Assembly: GCA_963668315.1 (NCBI GenBank)
Contig: OY764216.1
Span: 704,001 to 768,000 of the forward strand
From: Spirochaetia bacterium
GTDB lineage: Bacteria > Spirochaetota > Spirochaetia > DSM-2461
Length of the DNA stretch: 64,000 nucleotides
Reading direction: 5' to 3'
Position 1 is the first letter of the stretch. The number at the start of each line of letters is the position of its first letter. A program made the position numbers and the translations under genes. Of this stretch, positions 50,138 to 62,295 are shown piece by piece. The notes under the pieces are model-generated. The model saw nothing but the letters and a program-made list of their open reading frames with translations. It did not search any database and was not told where the DNA came from.

Positions 50138-51199
50138 ATGGACAGAATGATAGACTTGCGGTCAGATACGGTTACCAAACCTTCGCGCGCCATGCGCGAA
50201 GCCATGATGAACGCCCCTGTTGGTGATGACGTTTCCCGGGAAGATCCCACGATCAATGAACTGGAACGGAGATCCGCTCTCCTCACGGGAAAGGAATCCG
50301 CTTTGTTTGTTCCCAGCGGAACATTTGCCAATCAGTTGTCCATCATGACTCATATCGGCCGCGGCAACGAAGTCTATCTTTCCGAAGAGTCCCATGTCAT
50401 ACAGCATGAATGCGGTGCCGCCTCTATTTTGAGCAGCGCATTTTTGAGGACCATCACCCCCATGGGCGATTATCTCACCTGGGATGAAATCGAACCCCGC
50501 ATAAGAAAAACCGACGATATTCATTTCCCTGTTCCCGGGCTTATCGAGATTGAGAACCCCCTCTCCAACGGTTCCCTGGTGCCTCTTGAGGAGATGATCA
50601 GGATAAAGCAGGGAGCCGCCCGCTACGGGCTTCCCGTACACATGGATGGAGCACGGGTATTCAATGCCGCTCTGGCGTTGGGATTATCGGTGAAAGAAAT
50701 AGCCGACCAAACGGATTCTCTTATGTTCTGTCTGTCAAAGGGGCTAACGGCGCCCGTCGGTTCCATCCTCTGCGGTACGGAGGAGTTCATCGAAAAGGCC
50801 AGGAGAAACAGAAAGATCATGGGCGGCGGTATGCGCCAGGCGGGTATCCTGGCGGCGGCCGGTCTCTATGCCCTCGACCATATGATTGAGAGACTTGCCG
50901 ACGATCACGCCAGAGCCAGACAATTGGGGGATGCCTTCAATAGTTTTGAAGAATTTGATGTCCAGGTCTCACGGATCAAGATCAATATGATATTCATAAC
51001 AATCCCCTGTCTGAACAGCGTAGAGAGGGAGCTCGCCTTCCTCTCCCTTCTAAAGGATATGGGTATTCTGACTTATCCTGCGGAGAACGGTGTTTTCCGC
51101 TTTGTGACAAACAACGAAGTAAGCCAGGATGATATAGATTATATTATCGCCAGTCTTCCTGAAATCGTGGATAAACTGAATAATATGATCTGCAGGTAA
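50138..51199 (+). CDS. ltaE: Low-specificity L-threonine aldolase
   Basis: IDLRSDTVT, GDDV, PSGTFAN, HMDGAR, CLSKGL, GGGMRQAG. Confidence 0.93.
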   Translation: MDRMIDLRSDTVTKPSRAMREAMMNAPVGDDVSREDPTINELERRSALLTGKESALFVPSGTFANQLSIMTHIGRGNEVYLSEESHVIQHECGAASILSSAFLRTITPMGDYLTWDEIEPRIRKTDDIHFPVPGLIEIENPLSNGSLVPLEEMIRIKQGAARYGLPVHMDGARVFNAALALGLSVKEIADQTDSLMFCLSKGLTAPVGSILCGTEEFIEKARRNRKIMGGGMRQAGILAAAGLYALDHMIERLADDHARARQLGDAFNSFEEFDVQVSRIKINMIFITIPCLNSVERELAFLSLLKDMGILTYPAENGVFRFVTNNEVSQDDIDYIIASLPEIVDKLNNMICR

Positions 51200-51255
51200 A
51201 ATATTTATTTTACCTGCTAACAATATCAGAACATTTATCCTATAATCTATTAATA

Positions 51256-52320
51256 ATGGCAAAAGTAAAAGTTATTAATCCATCCTTGGAACATACTTTT
51301 AAAAAATCACTCTCCCTGGAGATGTCTGATGATGACAGTATTGTTATTTTCAGCGATTTTCATATGGGAAACGGCAAGAGCAGCGATGATTTTTTAAAAA
51401 ACGGGGACATGGTAGGCACGATTCTCAAAGATTACTATCATGAAAAGAACTGGAATCTTATTCTCAACGGAGATATAGAAGAATTACAGAAATTTTCCCT
51501 GCCAAAAATTCGCGTCAGATGGAGCCATATCTATGATATTTTCAAGGATTTCCAGAAGGATAACAGGTTCTATAAAATCTGCGGAAACCATGATGACAAA
51601 CTTCTTCTGGAATTGAGCCATCAGCAGATATTTCCCTTATACGATGCGGTCACCCTTAGATGGAACAATCAGGATTTTTTTATTTACCATGGCCACCAAT
51701 CATCGGCTTTTTACAATCAGTTCAATAAAATCATTGAATTCGGGCTTCATTATATAGTACGTCCTTTACGGATAAAGAATTATTCCGACAGAAATAACAA
51801 TTGGAAAAAACATCGCCTTGAAAGTCAGTCCTATCAGTTCTCCCTCTCTAAAAAAATTGTGTCCCTCATAGGTCATACGCACAGGCCTCTTTTTGAATCC
51901 CTCTCCCGTAAGGAAGTGGTTAAATATCAGATAGAGTACCTGCTGAGAACTTACAGAAAAGCTGCTCCGCAGGAACATATGCGGTTGAAAAGTAAACTGC
52001 ACAAGCTCAAAGCCGAACTTGATGAATTAACCAAGGACGACCGATTCATTGACCCCTTTCGTTCCATCTATTCAGATGAAATAGTCATACCCTGTCTATT
52101 CAATTCGGGATGCGCCATCGGTAAAAGGGGCATAACCTGCATTGAGCTCTCCAAGGGGAAGATTTCTCTTGTCTACTGGTTCAATCGGAATATCCCGCAG
52201 AAGCGGCCGAATCTGTTGGATAAATCAACCCCCATCAAGGGTACGGACTATAATCGTGTCGTTATTAAAAGAGATGATATTTCCTATATCACCGACTGCA
52301 TCAAATTATTTCTGGATTAG
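51256..52320 (+). CDS. Calcineurin-like metallophosphoesterase
   Basis: SDFH, NGDIE, GNHD, HGH, GHTH. Confidence 0.88.
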   Translation: MAKVKVINPSLEHTFKKSLSLEMSDDDSIVIFSDFHMGNGKSSDDFLKNGDMVGTILKDYYHEKNWNLILNGDIEELQKFSLPKIRVRWSHIYDIFKDFQKDNRFYKICGNHDDKLLLELSHQQIFPLYDAVTLRWNNQDFFIYHGHQSSAFYNQFNKIIEFGLHYIVRPLRIKNYSDRNNNWKKHRLESQSYQFSLSKKIVSLIGHTHRPLFESLSRKEVVKYQIEYLLRTYRKAAPQEHMRLKSKLHKLKAELDELTKDDRFIDPFRSIYSDEIVIPCLFNSGCAIGKRGITCIELSKGKISLVYWFNRNIPQKRPNLLDKSTPIKGTDYNRVVIKRDDISYITDCIKLFLD

Positions 52321-52328
52321 CCACACAT

Positions 52329-53123
52329 CTACTTAACATCAGCTTTTCTGATGATTCTGGCCAATATTCCGGGAAAAAAACGGCTCATGAAGAGGGCAAA
52401 TCTGGTTTTTCCTACCAATCCCATATATATCTCTCTTTTTTCCCTTTCTATTCCCCTGATAATAATACCGGCTGCTTTAGAGGGAGTAATCCCCCTTGCC
52501 TGGTTGGGATCCATTAGATTATGCTTCTGCCCTTCCCCTTCTAAAGCATTAACGGATATTTCGGTTTTCACAAATCCGGGAACGATCAGGGATACTTTTA
52601 TATTATCCTCATAAACTTCGGCTCTGAGAGCATCGGTAAACCCCTGAAGAGCCATTTTTGAAGCGGAATAGCTGCTGCGCAAGGGGGTGGCAAATTTTCC
52701 TGCCACACTGCTGACGAAGAGACAGTAACCACGTTTTCTTTCGATCATATGGGGTATGATGAGAGAGGTCAATGCCGCGGGACCCATGAAATTGGTTTCC
52801 ATAATCTTCTCTATTACGGATATTTTTGTTTCGGAAACAGGCGCTCTTTGGCTGACACCGGCATTATTAATGAGAATATCGACACGTCCCCATTTCTCCA
52901 GAACCTGTTCCAGAGCAAAGGGGAATGACGTTCTATCGGTCATGTCCAGGGGAACAATCATAGACCGTTCTCCGCCGATCTTCTCTGCCATTTTAGCCAG
53001 TTTTTCCCGGTTGCGGGCCGATAAAACAACAATTCCCCCTTTCCGGTGAATTTCATAGGCCAATGCCTCTCCTATACCCGATGAGGCACCGGTAATCCAT
53101 ACAACAGCTTTATCTATCTGCAT
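52329..53123 (-). CDS. SDR family oxidoreductase
   Basis: TGASSGIG, NNAG, YSASK. Confidence 0.92.
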   Translation of the reverse strand: MQIDKAVVWITGASSGIGEALAYEIHRKGGIVVLSARNREKLAKMAEKIGGERSMIVPLDMTDRTSFPFALEQVLEKWGRVDILINNAGVSQRAPVSETKISVIEKIMETNFMGPAALTSLIIPHMIERKRGYCLFVSSVAGKFATPLRSSYSASKMALQGFTDALRAEVYEDNIKVSLIVPGFVKTEISVNALEGEGQKHNLMDPNQARGITPSKAAGIIIRGIEREKREIYMGLVGKTRFALFMSRFFPGILARIIRKADVK

Positions 53124-53831
53124 CTATTTCTCGCTCAAGTAATTAATATTAAGTATTCCGTCAAGGTCCATGGAAAGACTGATAACATCGCCCCGTAATA
53201 GAGTGACGTCATAGATGGTAGAGCCTTCATGGGTCAGTTCATCCCGGACAAGATAGAGTACATCGCCCTCTTCCTTTTTAATAAGGGGCGCGTCATTTTT
53301 CTTTAACCGTGACAGAGAGATTTCCTTCTTTATTAAACGATATTCGAAGTAATTTTTTTTGAGGAACTTAGATCCGTCTTTGATGTTTTCTGATGTATTG
53401 ATATATTTTCTGTTAATCAGAAGCGGTTGGTCATCCAGGGAGTAAACGGCCATAATATAGTAGACCGATTTTTCACTGTCAAAAACATTTTGTATCGCTT
53501 CCGGAAGATCTTTATAAGCTCTCTCGCAAAACACCTTAATATCAAAGGAAAGTTTTTTTGAGTTTTTCAAAAATGACTGTATATCGGCACTGATTTTTGA
53601 GGATCCCTCGGATACAAAAGTTCCGATTCCTTTTTTATATGTTAATATTCCTTCGCCGACCAGGCTCGATAGCGCTTTGTTGGCCGTTGTCCTGCTCACT
53701 TCAAACCGTGTACTGACTTCTCTCTCGGAAAGAAAGCGTTCTCCCCTTTTAAATTCTCCGTCTTCCACTAACTCTTTTAAGATCCGGCATATCTGTAAAT
53801 AAACAGGTTCTTTTATTATCCTATCCATCAT
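53124..53831 (-). CDS. GntR family regulator
   Basis: PVYLQI, SEREV, VSRTT, GIGTFV. Confidence 0.88.
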   Translation of the reverse strand: MMDRIIKEPVYLQICRILKELVEDGEFKRGERFLSEREVSTRFEVSRTTANKALSSLVGEGILTYKKGIGTFVSEGSSKISADIQSFLKNSKKLSFDIKVFCERAYKDLPEAIQNVFDSEKSVYYIMAVYSLDDQPLLINRKYINTSENIKDGSKFLKKNYFEYRLIKKEISLSRLKKNDAPLIKKEEGDVLYLVRDELTHEGSTIYDVTLLRGDVISLSMDLDGILNINYLSEK

Positions 53832-53979
53832 TAACCTCTTATGTAATAATAGAATAGATTCAAATACTAGTCAATTAATAATTATTTTTTGTCCCTCTTT
53901 ATCCAATGTCTATCTTTCTTATTGAAATAGTTAAAAAATATTATTATACTCTCTTTAATTAGCTTTCAAGGAGTTGTTC

Positions 53980-54210
53980 ATGAGTGATCTTAAAGAGAAA
54001 ATTTCTCAGGCAATAGAAGAAGTAAGACCCAGTCTTCAGGCAGATGGCGGCGATATAAGATTCGTGGAATTAACCGATGAAAATGTTGTCAAAGTAGAAT
54101 TACAGGGTGCCTGCAATGGCTGTCCCATGGCACAGATGACTCTCAAACAGGGCGTCGAAAATTACCTTAAAAAGGTTATTCCCGAAGTAGCTTCTGTAGA
54201 ATCCATCTAA
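53980..54210 (+). CDS. NifU/Nfu-like Fe-S scaffold protein
   Basis: VRPSLQADGGD, GACNGCP, TLKQGVE; AAGGAG SD. Confidence 0.92.
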   Translation: MSDLKEKISQAIEEVRPSLQADGGDIRFVELTDENVVKVELQGACNGCPMAQMTLKQGVENYLKKVIPEVASVESI

Positions 54211-54233
54211 TATACTTTTAAAGTATTTATATT

Positions 54234-54260
54234 AAGCTGTCCGCGGGGCAGCTTTTTTTT
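54234..54260 (+). terminator. Rho-independent terminator after nfu gene
   Basis: AAGCTGTCC-GCG-GGGCAGCTT plus T tract. Confidence 0.8.
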
Positions 54261-54269
54261 ATTAACACG

Positions 54270-54278
54270 TTATCCACA
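54270..54278 (+). promoter_or_regulatory. Perfect DnaA box
   Basis: TTATCCACA. Confidence 0.65.
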
Positions 54279-54384
54279 ATATTAATTTTATGTATATAAA
54301 TTGTCACAGAATTTATTCTTTATAATATAAACATTTAGAGAGAGCATTTTTTTGAACAGAATAATTAGAATTTTCAGTCCCAAG

Positions 54385-54393
54385 TTATCCACA
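54385..54393 (+). promoter_or_regulatory. Perfect DnaA box
   Basis: TTATCCACA. Confidence 0.65.
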
Positions 54394-54402
54394 GGAGGCA
54401 TA

Positions 54403-54418
54403 TGTTTCACGTGAAACA
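54403..54418. other. parS: parS centromere-like site
   Basis: TGTTTCACGTGAAACA consensus palindrome near the origin. Confidence 0.9.
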
Positions 54419-54622
54419 TTTTTCACGGCTTTAACCCTATAAAAAACGCAATGAATTGATATATTCATTCTGTATCTGCGAAAGGAAATAAATAAACCAT
54501 TTTTTGTCCCTAATGACAGATAACAAGATAGTGATCAATTCAGTCTCCTTCGGTAATTGCATATTCCTCCTTATCCTCGCAATTATGAACATATTTTTAT
54601 GAAGTTTAATTCCCATTGTCAC

Positions 54623-54664
54623 AAAAAAAGGGGCTGTTGCTAGATCATTTACTGCAACAGCCCC
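54623..54664 (-). terminator. Rho-independent terminator after gyrA
   Basis: GGGGCTGTTGC-N13-GCAACAGCCCC with U7 on the minus strand. Confidence 0.85.
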
Positions 54665-54685
54665 GTATCTTAACTGATTAGTTAA

Positions 54686-57262
54686 TTATTCTTCGGAATC
54701 ATCCTGATATTCATCATCATCTTCAAAATCTTCTGATTCATCAATTGTTTCACGTGAAACATCTTCAGGAAGATCATCACCCAACAATTCTAACTGAGTA
54801 TCATTTTCTTCTTCCTCATCAGGTATATTATCTTCATTTTCTTTTTCCTGACGAGCAATACCAATTAGTTTATCATCGTAACCGGTATTGAGGACTCTGA
54901 CACCAAATGCGGCTCTACCATTGATGGAAATGGAATGAACAGGCATTCTGATAGCCTTGCCCTGTGTTGTGATACAGATAATACTATCTTCTTCCAAAAC
55001 TTCCATAACACCGATCAACTCACCGGTTTTTTTATTAACCCCGTACGCTTTCTGGCCGCCTGTTCCTCTTCCGTGTGCGGAAAACTCATCAAATTCCGTT
55101 CTCTTTCCGTAACCATATTCGGAAATAAGCAGCATTTTGTATTCATCTTCCACATTACACATTCCAATGAGCTCATCACCTTCGGCAAGCTTTATACCCC
55201 GCACGCCTCGGGCGACTCTTCCCATACACCGGACGCTTTCCTCGTTTATTCTCAGTCCCTTACCTCTTTTGGTTATGAGCATAATGTCGCCTTCGCCGGT
55301 GGTAAGTTTAGCAGAAACAAGAGAATCCCCTTCATCCAGCTCAATAGCCCGTATACCGCGCATCTTGGCATTTCTGAAATCATAGGTGCTGACTCTCTTC
55401 ACAATGGCGTTTTTGGTGGCCATAAAGAGAAACTGATCCTCCTTGAAATCTTCGAGAGGAACGGAAGCGGTAATTTCTTCATCCTCTTCAAATTCAAAGA
55501 TGGTTTTCAGATGTTTACCCTTGGAAGCCCGGGATCCTTCGGGAATTTCGTATACCTTAAGCCAATAGGCCTTCGCTTTATTGGTTACGAACATGATGTG
55601 TGTATGGGTATTGGCGATAAACATATGCTCTATGAAATCGTCATCTTTCAGCTTGGAAGTATTGGATCCCTTTCCTCCCCTGCTCTGTTCTTTATACTCT
55701 GAAACGGCAATTCTCTTGATAAATCCCCGGTTGGAAATAAGAACGACCATGTTTTCCTTCTTGATGAAGTCTTCCATATTCATCGTTTCCAACTCTTCGG
55801 GAACTATCTCTGTCCTTCTGGGTGTACCATACTTCTCTTTCAGTTCAATGGTTTCATCCTGGATGACACCTAGTATTTTTTCTTCATGGGCCAAGAGATC
55901 TTCCAGATAGGCAATTTCGGCCAACAATTCATTCAACTCATCAATAATCTTCTGAGTTTCCAGACTTGTCAGTTTCTGAAGCCGCATATCCAGAATAGCC
56001 TGAGCCTGCTTTTCAGAAAAATCGAATCTTTCCATCAAGTTGACTCGGGCCATGTTTACATTTTCAGATTTTTTGATGATATCCACGATCTCATCGATAT
56101 TATCAAGAGCAATTTTCAAGCCCTCGAGAATGTGGGCCCGAGCTTTTGCTTTATCGAGATCGAATATACAACGTCGCCTGATAACATCAAGTCTGTGGGT
56201 AATAAAATGCTGAAGCATAACCTTCAAGTTACATAACTTCGGCTTTCCATTGACCAATGCCAGATTAATAACATTAAAATTAGACTGCAAGGGAGTTAAA
56301 GAGAACAGATGATTCAAAACTACCTTGGTGGGAATATTTCTTTTCAGCTCAATAACGACTCTCATACCCTGTCGGTCAGACTCGTCACGCAGTTCAGAAA
56401 TACCCTCTATTCGCTTATCCTTTACCAGTTCGGCAATTCTTTCTACCAGTTTGGCCTTGTTTACCTGATAGGGTATTTCGGTGATGATGATGGCTTCCCT
56501 GTCGCCTCTTAACTCTTCAAGATGGTATTTTGCCCGGGCGATAATCTTACCGCGTCCGGTTTTTGCAGCCATTCTTATGCCGACTTTACCGTAAATAGAA
56601 GCTCCCGTGGGGTAATCCGGTCCTTTCACATACTCCAGAAGATCCTCGACAGTCATATCGGGATCTTCAATCAGGGCACAGAGGGCATCACATACTTCAG
56701 AAAGGTTGTGGGGAGGCATATTGGTTGCCATACCTACGGCGATACCGTTGGATCCGTTTACCAGAAGTGCGGGAAAAGCCGTAGGAAGCACCAGCGGCTC
56801 CATCATGGAATCATCGTAGTTGGGACCGAAATCAACGGTTTCCTTCTTGATATCCCTGAGCATGGCCTCGGATATACGAGCCATTTTGGCCTCGGTATAC
56901 CTCATGGCTGCCGGAGGATCACCGTCTACGGAACCAAAGTTTCCCTGGCCCTGAACAAGAGGCTCTCTTAATGAGAAATCCTGGGCCATTCTTACCAGGG
57001 CGTCATAAACGGAAGCATCACCATGGGGATGGAATTTACCGAGTACGTCTCCGACTATACGGGCACATTTCTTTTCCTTGCTGTTGTAACGCAATCCCAT
57101 TTCACTCATGGAATAGAGGATCCTTCGATGTACCGGCTTCAATCCGTCTCTGATATCGGGCAGAGCACGGCTGATAATTACGGACATGGCGTAATTCAGG
57201 TAAGATTCTTTAACTTCGTCTTCAATAGCAATGGGAATTACTTTTCCTTGAAAATCGCTCAC
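54686..57262 (-). CDS. gyrA: DNA gyrase subunit A
   Basis: [21 protein letters not shown], GyrA-box QSRGGKG, acidic tail. Confidence 0.97.
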   Translation of the reverse strand: MSDFQGKVIPIAIEDEVKESYLNYAMSVIISRALPDIRDGLKPVHRRILYSMSEMGLRYNSKEKKCARIVGDVLGKFHPHGDASVYDALVRMAQDFSLREPLVQGQGNFGSVDGDPPAAMRYTEAKMARISEAMLRDIKKETVDFGPNYDDSMMEPLVLPTAFPALLVNGSNGIAVGMATNMPPHNLSEVCDALCALIEDPDMTVEDLLEYVKGPDYPTGASIYGKVGIRMAAKTGRGKIIARAKYHLEELRGDREAIIITEIPYQVNKAKLVERIAELVKDKRIEGISELRDESDRQGMRVVIELKRNIPTKVVLNHLFSLTPLQSNFNVINLALVNGKPKLCNLKVMLQHFITHRLDVIRRRCIFDLDKAKARAHILEGLKIALDNIDEIVDIIKKSENVNMARVNLMERFDFSEKQAQAILDMRLQKLTSLETQKIIDELNELLAEIAYLEDLLAHEEKILGVIQDETIELKEKYGTPRRTEIVPEELETMNMEDFIKKENMVVLISNRGFIKRIAVSEYKEQSRGGKGSNTSKLKDDDFIEHMFIANTHTHIMFVTNKAKAYWLKVYEIPEGSRASKGKHLKTIFEFEEDEEITASVPLEDFKEDQFLFMATKNAIVKRVSTYDFRNAKMRGIRAIELDEGDSLVSAKLTTGEGDIMLITKRGKGLRINEESVRCMGRVARGVRGIKLAEGDELIGMCNVEDEYKMLLISEYGYGKRTEFDEFSAHGRGTGGQKAYGVNKKTGELIGVMEVLEEDSIICITTQGKAIRMPVHSISINGRAAFGVRVLNTGYDDKLIGIARQEKENEDNIPDEEEENDTQLELLGDDLPEDVSRETIDESEDFEDDDEYQDDSEE
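54746..54761. other. parS: parS site within gyrA coding tail
   Basis: TGTTTCACGTGAAACA, encoding DVSRET. Confidence 0.85.
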
Positions 57263-57271
57263 AAAATTCTC

Positions 57272-59197
<1,926 letters not shown>

Positions 59198-59316
59198 TTA
59201 TAGTTTGGGGAAAGATAACCTGAATAGTATATAGCCCGAAACCAAAAAAGTAAAGATAGTCATATCCTCCGAAATTATGCTATAGTATGCTCATATACGT
59301 CCAGGAGTAGTTTTTT

Positions 59317-60735
59317 ATGGCCAATGTTGATTTCAAAGTCTTTTGGGATGAATGTATCCGTCAGATACGCGAAAATAAGATCGATGAAGCGGAATTTCAT
59401 CTATGGTTTGAAAAATTGGTTTACCTTTCCTATGAAAACTCCCATCTGGTAGTCGGAACCCCCTCCCGCTTCTATAAGGATCAGGTCGTTTCACGGGGTT
59501 ATAATAAGCTGATTGAAAAAACTCTGGAAGAATTATCCGGCTCCCTGATCACCGTGAGCTTTGAAATATCCGAAAACAAAACCGAAATAGAGGATGAAGA
59601 AGAAAAGGAAGAAAAAATTCCCTCTGAAACGGTTATTCCTCCGGTCAAACAGAATAATAATTCCCCCAAAAGCCGCCCTATCCCTCCGGAAAATATCATA
59701 AGCCATCCCCAGCTTCAAACAAATTTCACCTTTGAAAATTATGTCATTGGAAACAATAACGATTTTGCCGTGGGAGCCGCCAAAGCTATCGCCGATAATC
59801 CGGGAAAAACCAAATACAATCCCTTCCTTATATATGGTGGCGTCGGTCTGGGCAAAACTCACCTCATGCAGGCCATTGGAAATTTAGTCTATCAGGCCAA
59901 TCCGCAGACAAAAATAGTCTGTATTCCCAGCGAGACCTTCGTTAATGAATTCATCCAGTCCATTAGAACCAATACGCAAAACAACTTCAAAAACAAATAT
60001 AGAAAAGTAGATCTCCTGCTCCTCGACGATATTCATGATCTTCAGGATAAAAATGATACCCAGGAAGAGCTTTTCCATACATTCAATGCCCTTTACGATT
60101 ACGATAAACAGCTGGTATTCACCTGTGATAGACCGCCCTCCGAGCTGAAGAAATTTAATGACCGCCTGAAAAGCCGATTCCAGAGGGGGCTTATCGTCGA
60201 TCTCCAGCCGCCCAGCTATGAAACAAGAATCGCTATTATAAAGAAGAAAATAGAACAAACGAATTATAATGATGAAATATCCCTGGAAGTCATCGAATTT
60301 ATTGCGAAAAACATCACATCGAATATTCGTGACCTGGAAGCGGCTCTGAACAGAATAATCGGCTATTCCGATATAGTCAAAAAGGAAATAACCATAGAGT
60401 CGGTGAAAAATCTCCTGCAGCAGTATTTTTCCGTTTCTCCCCAGAGCGCCGTTTCCATCGGCAAAATCCAGAAAATAGTCTCTGAATACTTCAACGTCTC
60501 CATCCTGGATATCAAAGGCAAGAAAAGAACCCAGAAAATCACCTTTCCCCGTCATATAGCCATGTATCTATCCCGTGAGCTCACCGATTTTTCCACGACA
60601 GAGATTGGAATCGAATTCGGCGGAAAGGATCATACGACGGTCATGCATGCCTGTCAGCGCATAGACGAGAGATTGGCGGTGGATTCCACCCTTGAGCCTA
60701 TGATTATGGAACTTAAGAAGAACATCTACTCTTAA
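59317..60735 (+). CDS. dnaA: Chromosomal replication initiator DnaA
   Basis: YNPFLIYGGVGLGKTHL, LLLDDI, QEELFHTFN, GGKDHTTVMHA. Confidence 0.98.
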   Translation: MANVDFKVFWDECIRQIRENKIDEAEFHLWFEKLVYLSYENSHLVVGTPSRFYKDQVVSRGYNKLIEKTLEELSGSLITVSFEISENKTEIEDEEEKEEKIPSETVIPPVKQNNNSPKSRPIPPENIISHPQLQTNFTFENYVIGNNNDFAVGAAKAIADNPGKTKYNPFLIYGGVGLGKTHLMQAIGNLVYQANPQTKIVCIPSETFVNEFIQSIRTNTQNNFKNKYRKVDLLLLDDIHDLQDKNDTQEELFHTFNALYDYDKQLVFTCDRPPSELKKFNDRLKSRFQRGLIVDLQPPSYETRIAIIKKKIEQTNYNDEISLEVIEFIAKNITSNIRDLEAALNRIIGYSDIVKKEITIESVKNLLQQYFSVSPQSAVSIGKIQKIVSEYFNVSILDIKGKKRTQKITFPRHIAMYLSRELTDFSTTEIGIEFGGKDHTTVMHACQRIDERLAVDSTLEPMIMELKKNIYS

Positions 60736-60743
60736 TCCCTTTC

Positions 60744-60895
60744 TTTAATTAAGAATGTAGAATGAAGAATTAGTTTCCTCCCCCACTTATAATTATAACT
60801 GTCTCCAACAAAAAAGCTCATTGCGAAAGACCAAGCCCTTTCTTTATTATACAAAGCCCTAATTCTCCCTTCTTCATTCTCAATTCTTCATTAAA
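60744..60895. repeat. 26-bp imperfect inverted repeat built from heptamer units
   Basis: Arms 60744-60769 and 60870-60895, 23/26 complementary. Confidence 0.7.
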
Positions 60896-60901
60896 AACCC
60901 C

Positions 60902-61106
60902 TGTGGAAAACTCTGTTAAAACGAACTGTATGGATCCGTGGAAAACTGTGTATAACCCGTCTGTCTGTGATTATGTGGATATTAATGCGGATTTTTCCTC
61001 AGACTTATTCTTTCCCTATTTTTCTCTAAGGGCTAATTTTAAGGGGCTTATCAACAAATTCACAGGCCCTACTACTACTTCTACTGTTTTATAAATTAAT
61101 AAATTT
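60902..61106. other. oriC: Replication origin oriC
   Basis: DnaA-box-like TGTGGAAAA 60902, CGTGGAAAA 60937, TGTGTATAA 60947, TGTGGATAT 60974, TTATCAACA 61048; then GGCCC, trios CTACTACTACTTCTACT and AT-rich tract, between dnaA and dnaN. Confidence 0.88.
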
Positions 61107-61187
61107 AGAAAAAGAAGGGTTTTTCTTGAAAGCCATTTGTGCTATCATTTAAATCCATAATTATCCCCCCGCACAAGGAGTATTTTC

Positions 61188-62294
61188 ATGAAATTCAGAT
61201 GCGACAAAAATGTTATTTTAAAAGAAATTTCCATTGCCCAGGACATCGTCTCATCGAGAAATGCCCTTTCGATTCTATCGAATGTTCTTCTTGAAGCGGA
61301 TAACAACAGTTTAACAATCAAAGCCACCGATCTTAAGGTCGGATTTGAAACAGTTATACCCGTTGATCTGGAAGAAGCAGGAAGCACCACCATTTACTGT
61401 GATAAATTCCTGGGAATCATCAAATCACTTCCCAGCGGCACTATCACCTTTGAACAGATTAATAACGAGAAAATGATCATCCGTACCGATGATGAAAATA
61501 TCTCCTTCCAGCTGAATACCATTGATGCCGATAAATTCCCCGAATTACTTGCCGTGGAAGACTCCTCCTATTTTGAGCTTCCCCAGCAGATGTTTATGGA
61601 AATGATCTCCCATACAATTTTTTCCATCTCCGACGATGAAACCCGTTATTTCATGAATGGTGTCTACATGGAAAAAGAGGATTCCCAGCTTGTCATGGTC
61701 GGTACGGACGGACGGAGACTCTCCTATATCGGAAGGAAGTTCGAAGGGAATATTCCCGATTTCCCCGGCATCATTGTTCCCCCGAAAATTCTTCAGCTCA
61801 TCAAGAAGCTGGCTTCCGGTGAAGGGAATATCCAGATCGCCGTTGTCGATAAATCGATTTTCGTCAGATTCGACAGTCAGAAGATCTCTTCTTCCCTCAT
61901 TGACGGGCAGTTCCCCAATTACCGGAAGGTTATACCCGAAAATCAGGATAACCGCGTCGTCATCAGCAAGGAAGATCTATCCAACGCCTTGAGACGTGTT
62001 TCCATTCTGGCGGAGCATAAATCAAAGAAGATTTTCCTTACCGTTGATGCGGATCAGATCATTCTGAAATCAGAAGAGAGCGATGTGGGTACGGCAAGGG
62101 AAAAAGTTCCCTGTACCTACGACGGTCCGGAAACAACCTTTGCCCTGAACTATACCTATTTGATTGAACCTCTCAATGTTATCGATGAAGATAATATTCT
62201 CTTCCTGTTTACCGAGAAAAATCGGGCTGTCACTCTGCAGAGTAATCCGGAAAAGGATTACCTCCATGTGGTAATGCCCATGCAGATGGACTAA
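61188..62294 (+). CDS. dnaN: DNA polymerase III beta clamp
   Basis: ILSNVLL, ATDL, ETRYFMNGV, GTDGRRL, GQFPNY, VVMPM. Confidence 0.97.
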   Translation: MKFRCDKNVILKEISIAQDIVSSRNALSILSNVLLEADNNSLTIKATDLKVGFETVIPVDLEEAGSTTIYCDKFLGIIKSLPSGTITFEQINNEKMIIRTDDENISFQLNTIDADKFPELLAVEDSSYFELPQQMFMEMISHTIFSISDDETRYFMNGVYMEKEDSQLVMVGTDGRRLSYIGRKFEGNIPDFPGIIVPPKILQLIKKLASGEGNIQIAVVDKSIFVRFDSQKISSSLIDGQFPNYRKVIPENQDNRVVISKEDLSNALRRVSILAEHKSKKIFLTVDADQIILKSEESDVGTAREKVPCTYDGPETTFALNYTYLIEPLNVIDEDNILFLFTEKNRAVTLQSNPEKDYLHVVMPMQMD

Positions 62295-62295
62295 A

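Noticed and set aside
54394..54434. Mini-ORF MFHVKHFSRL with AGGAGG SD
   Set aside because: MFHVKH is just the parS palindrome translated; only 10 codons and no other support, though the SD is curious.
54437..54622. 61-aa minus-strand ORF after gyrA
   Set aside because: Starts right after a terminator in AT-rich DNA, no SD, no motif.
60903..61094. 63-aa ORF between dnaA and dnaN
   Set aside because: Coincides with oriC DnaA boxes and trios; its TTTST simply reflects the trio repeat.
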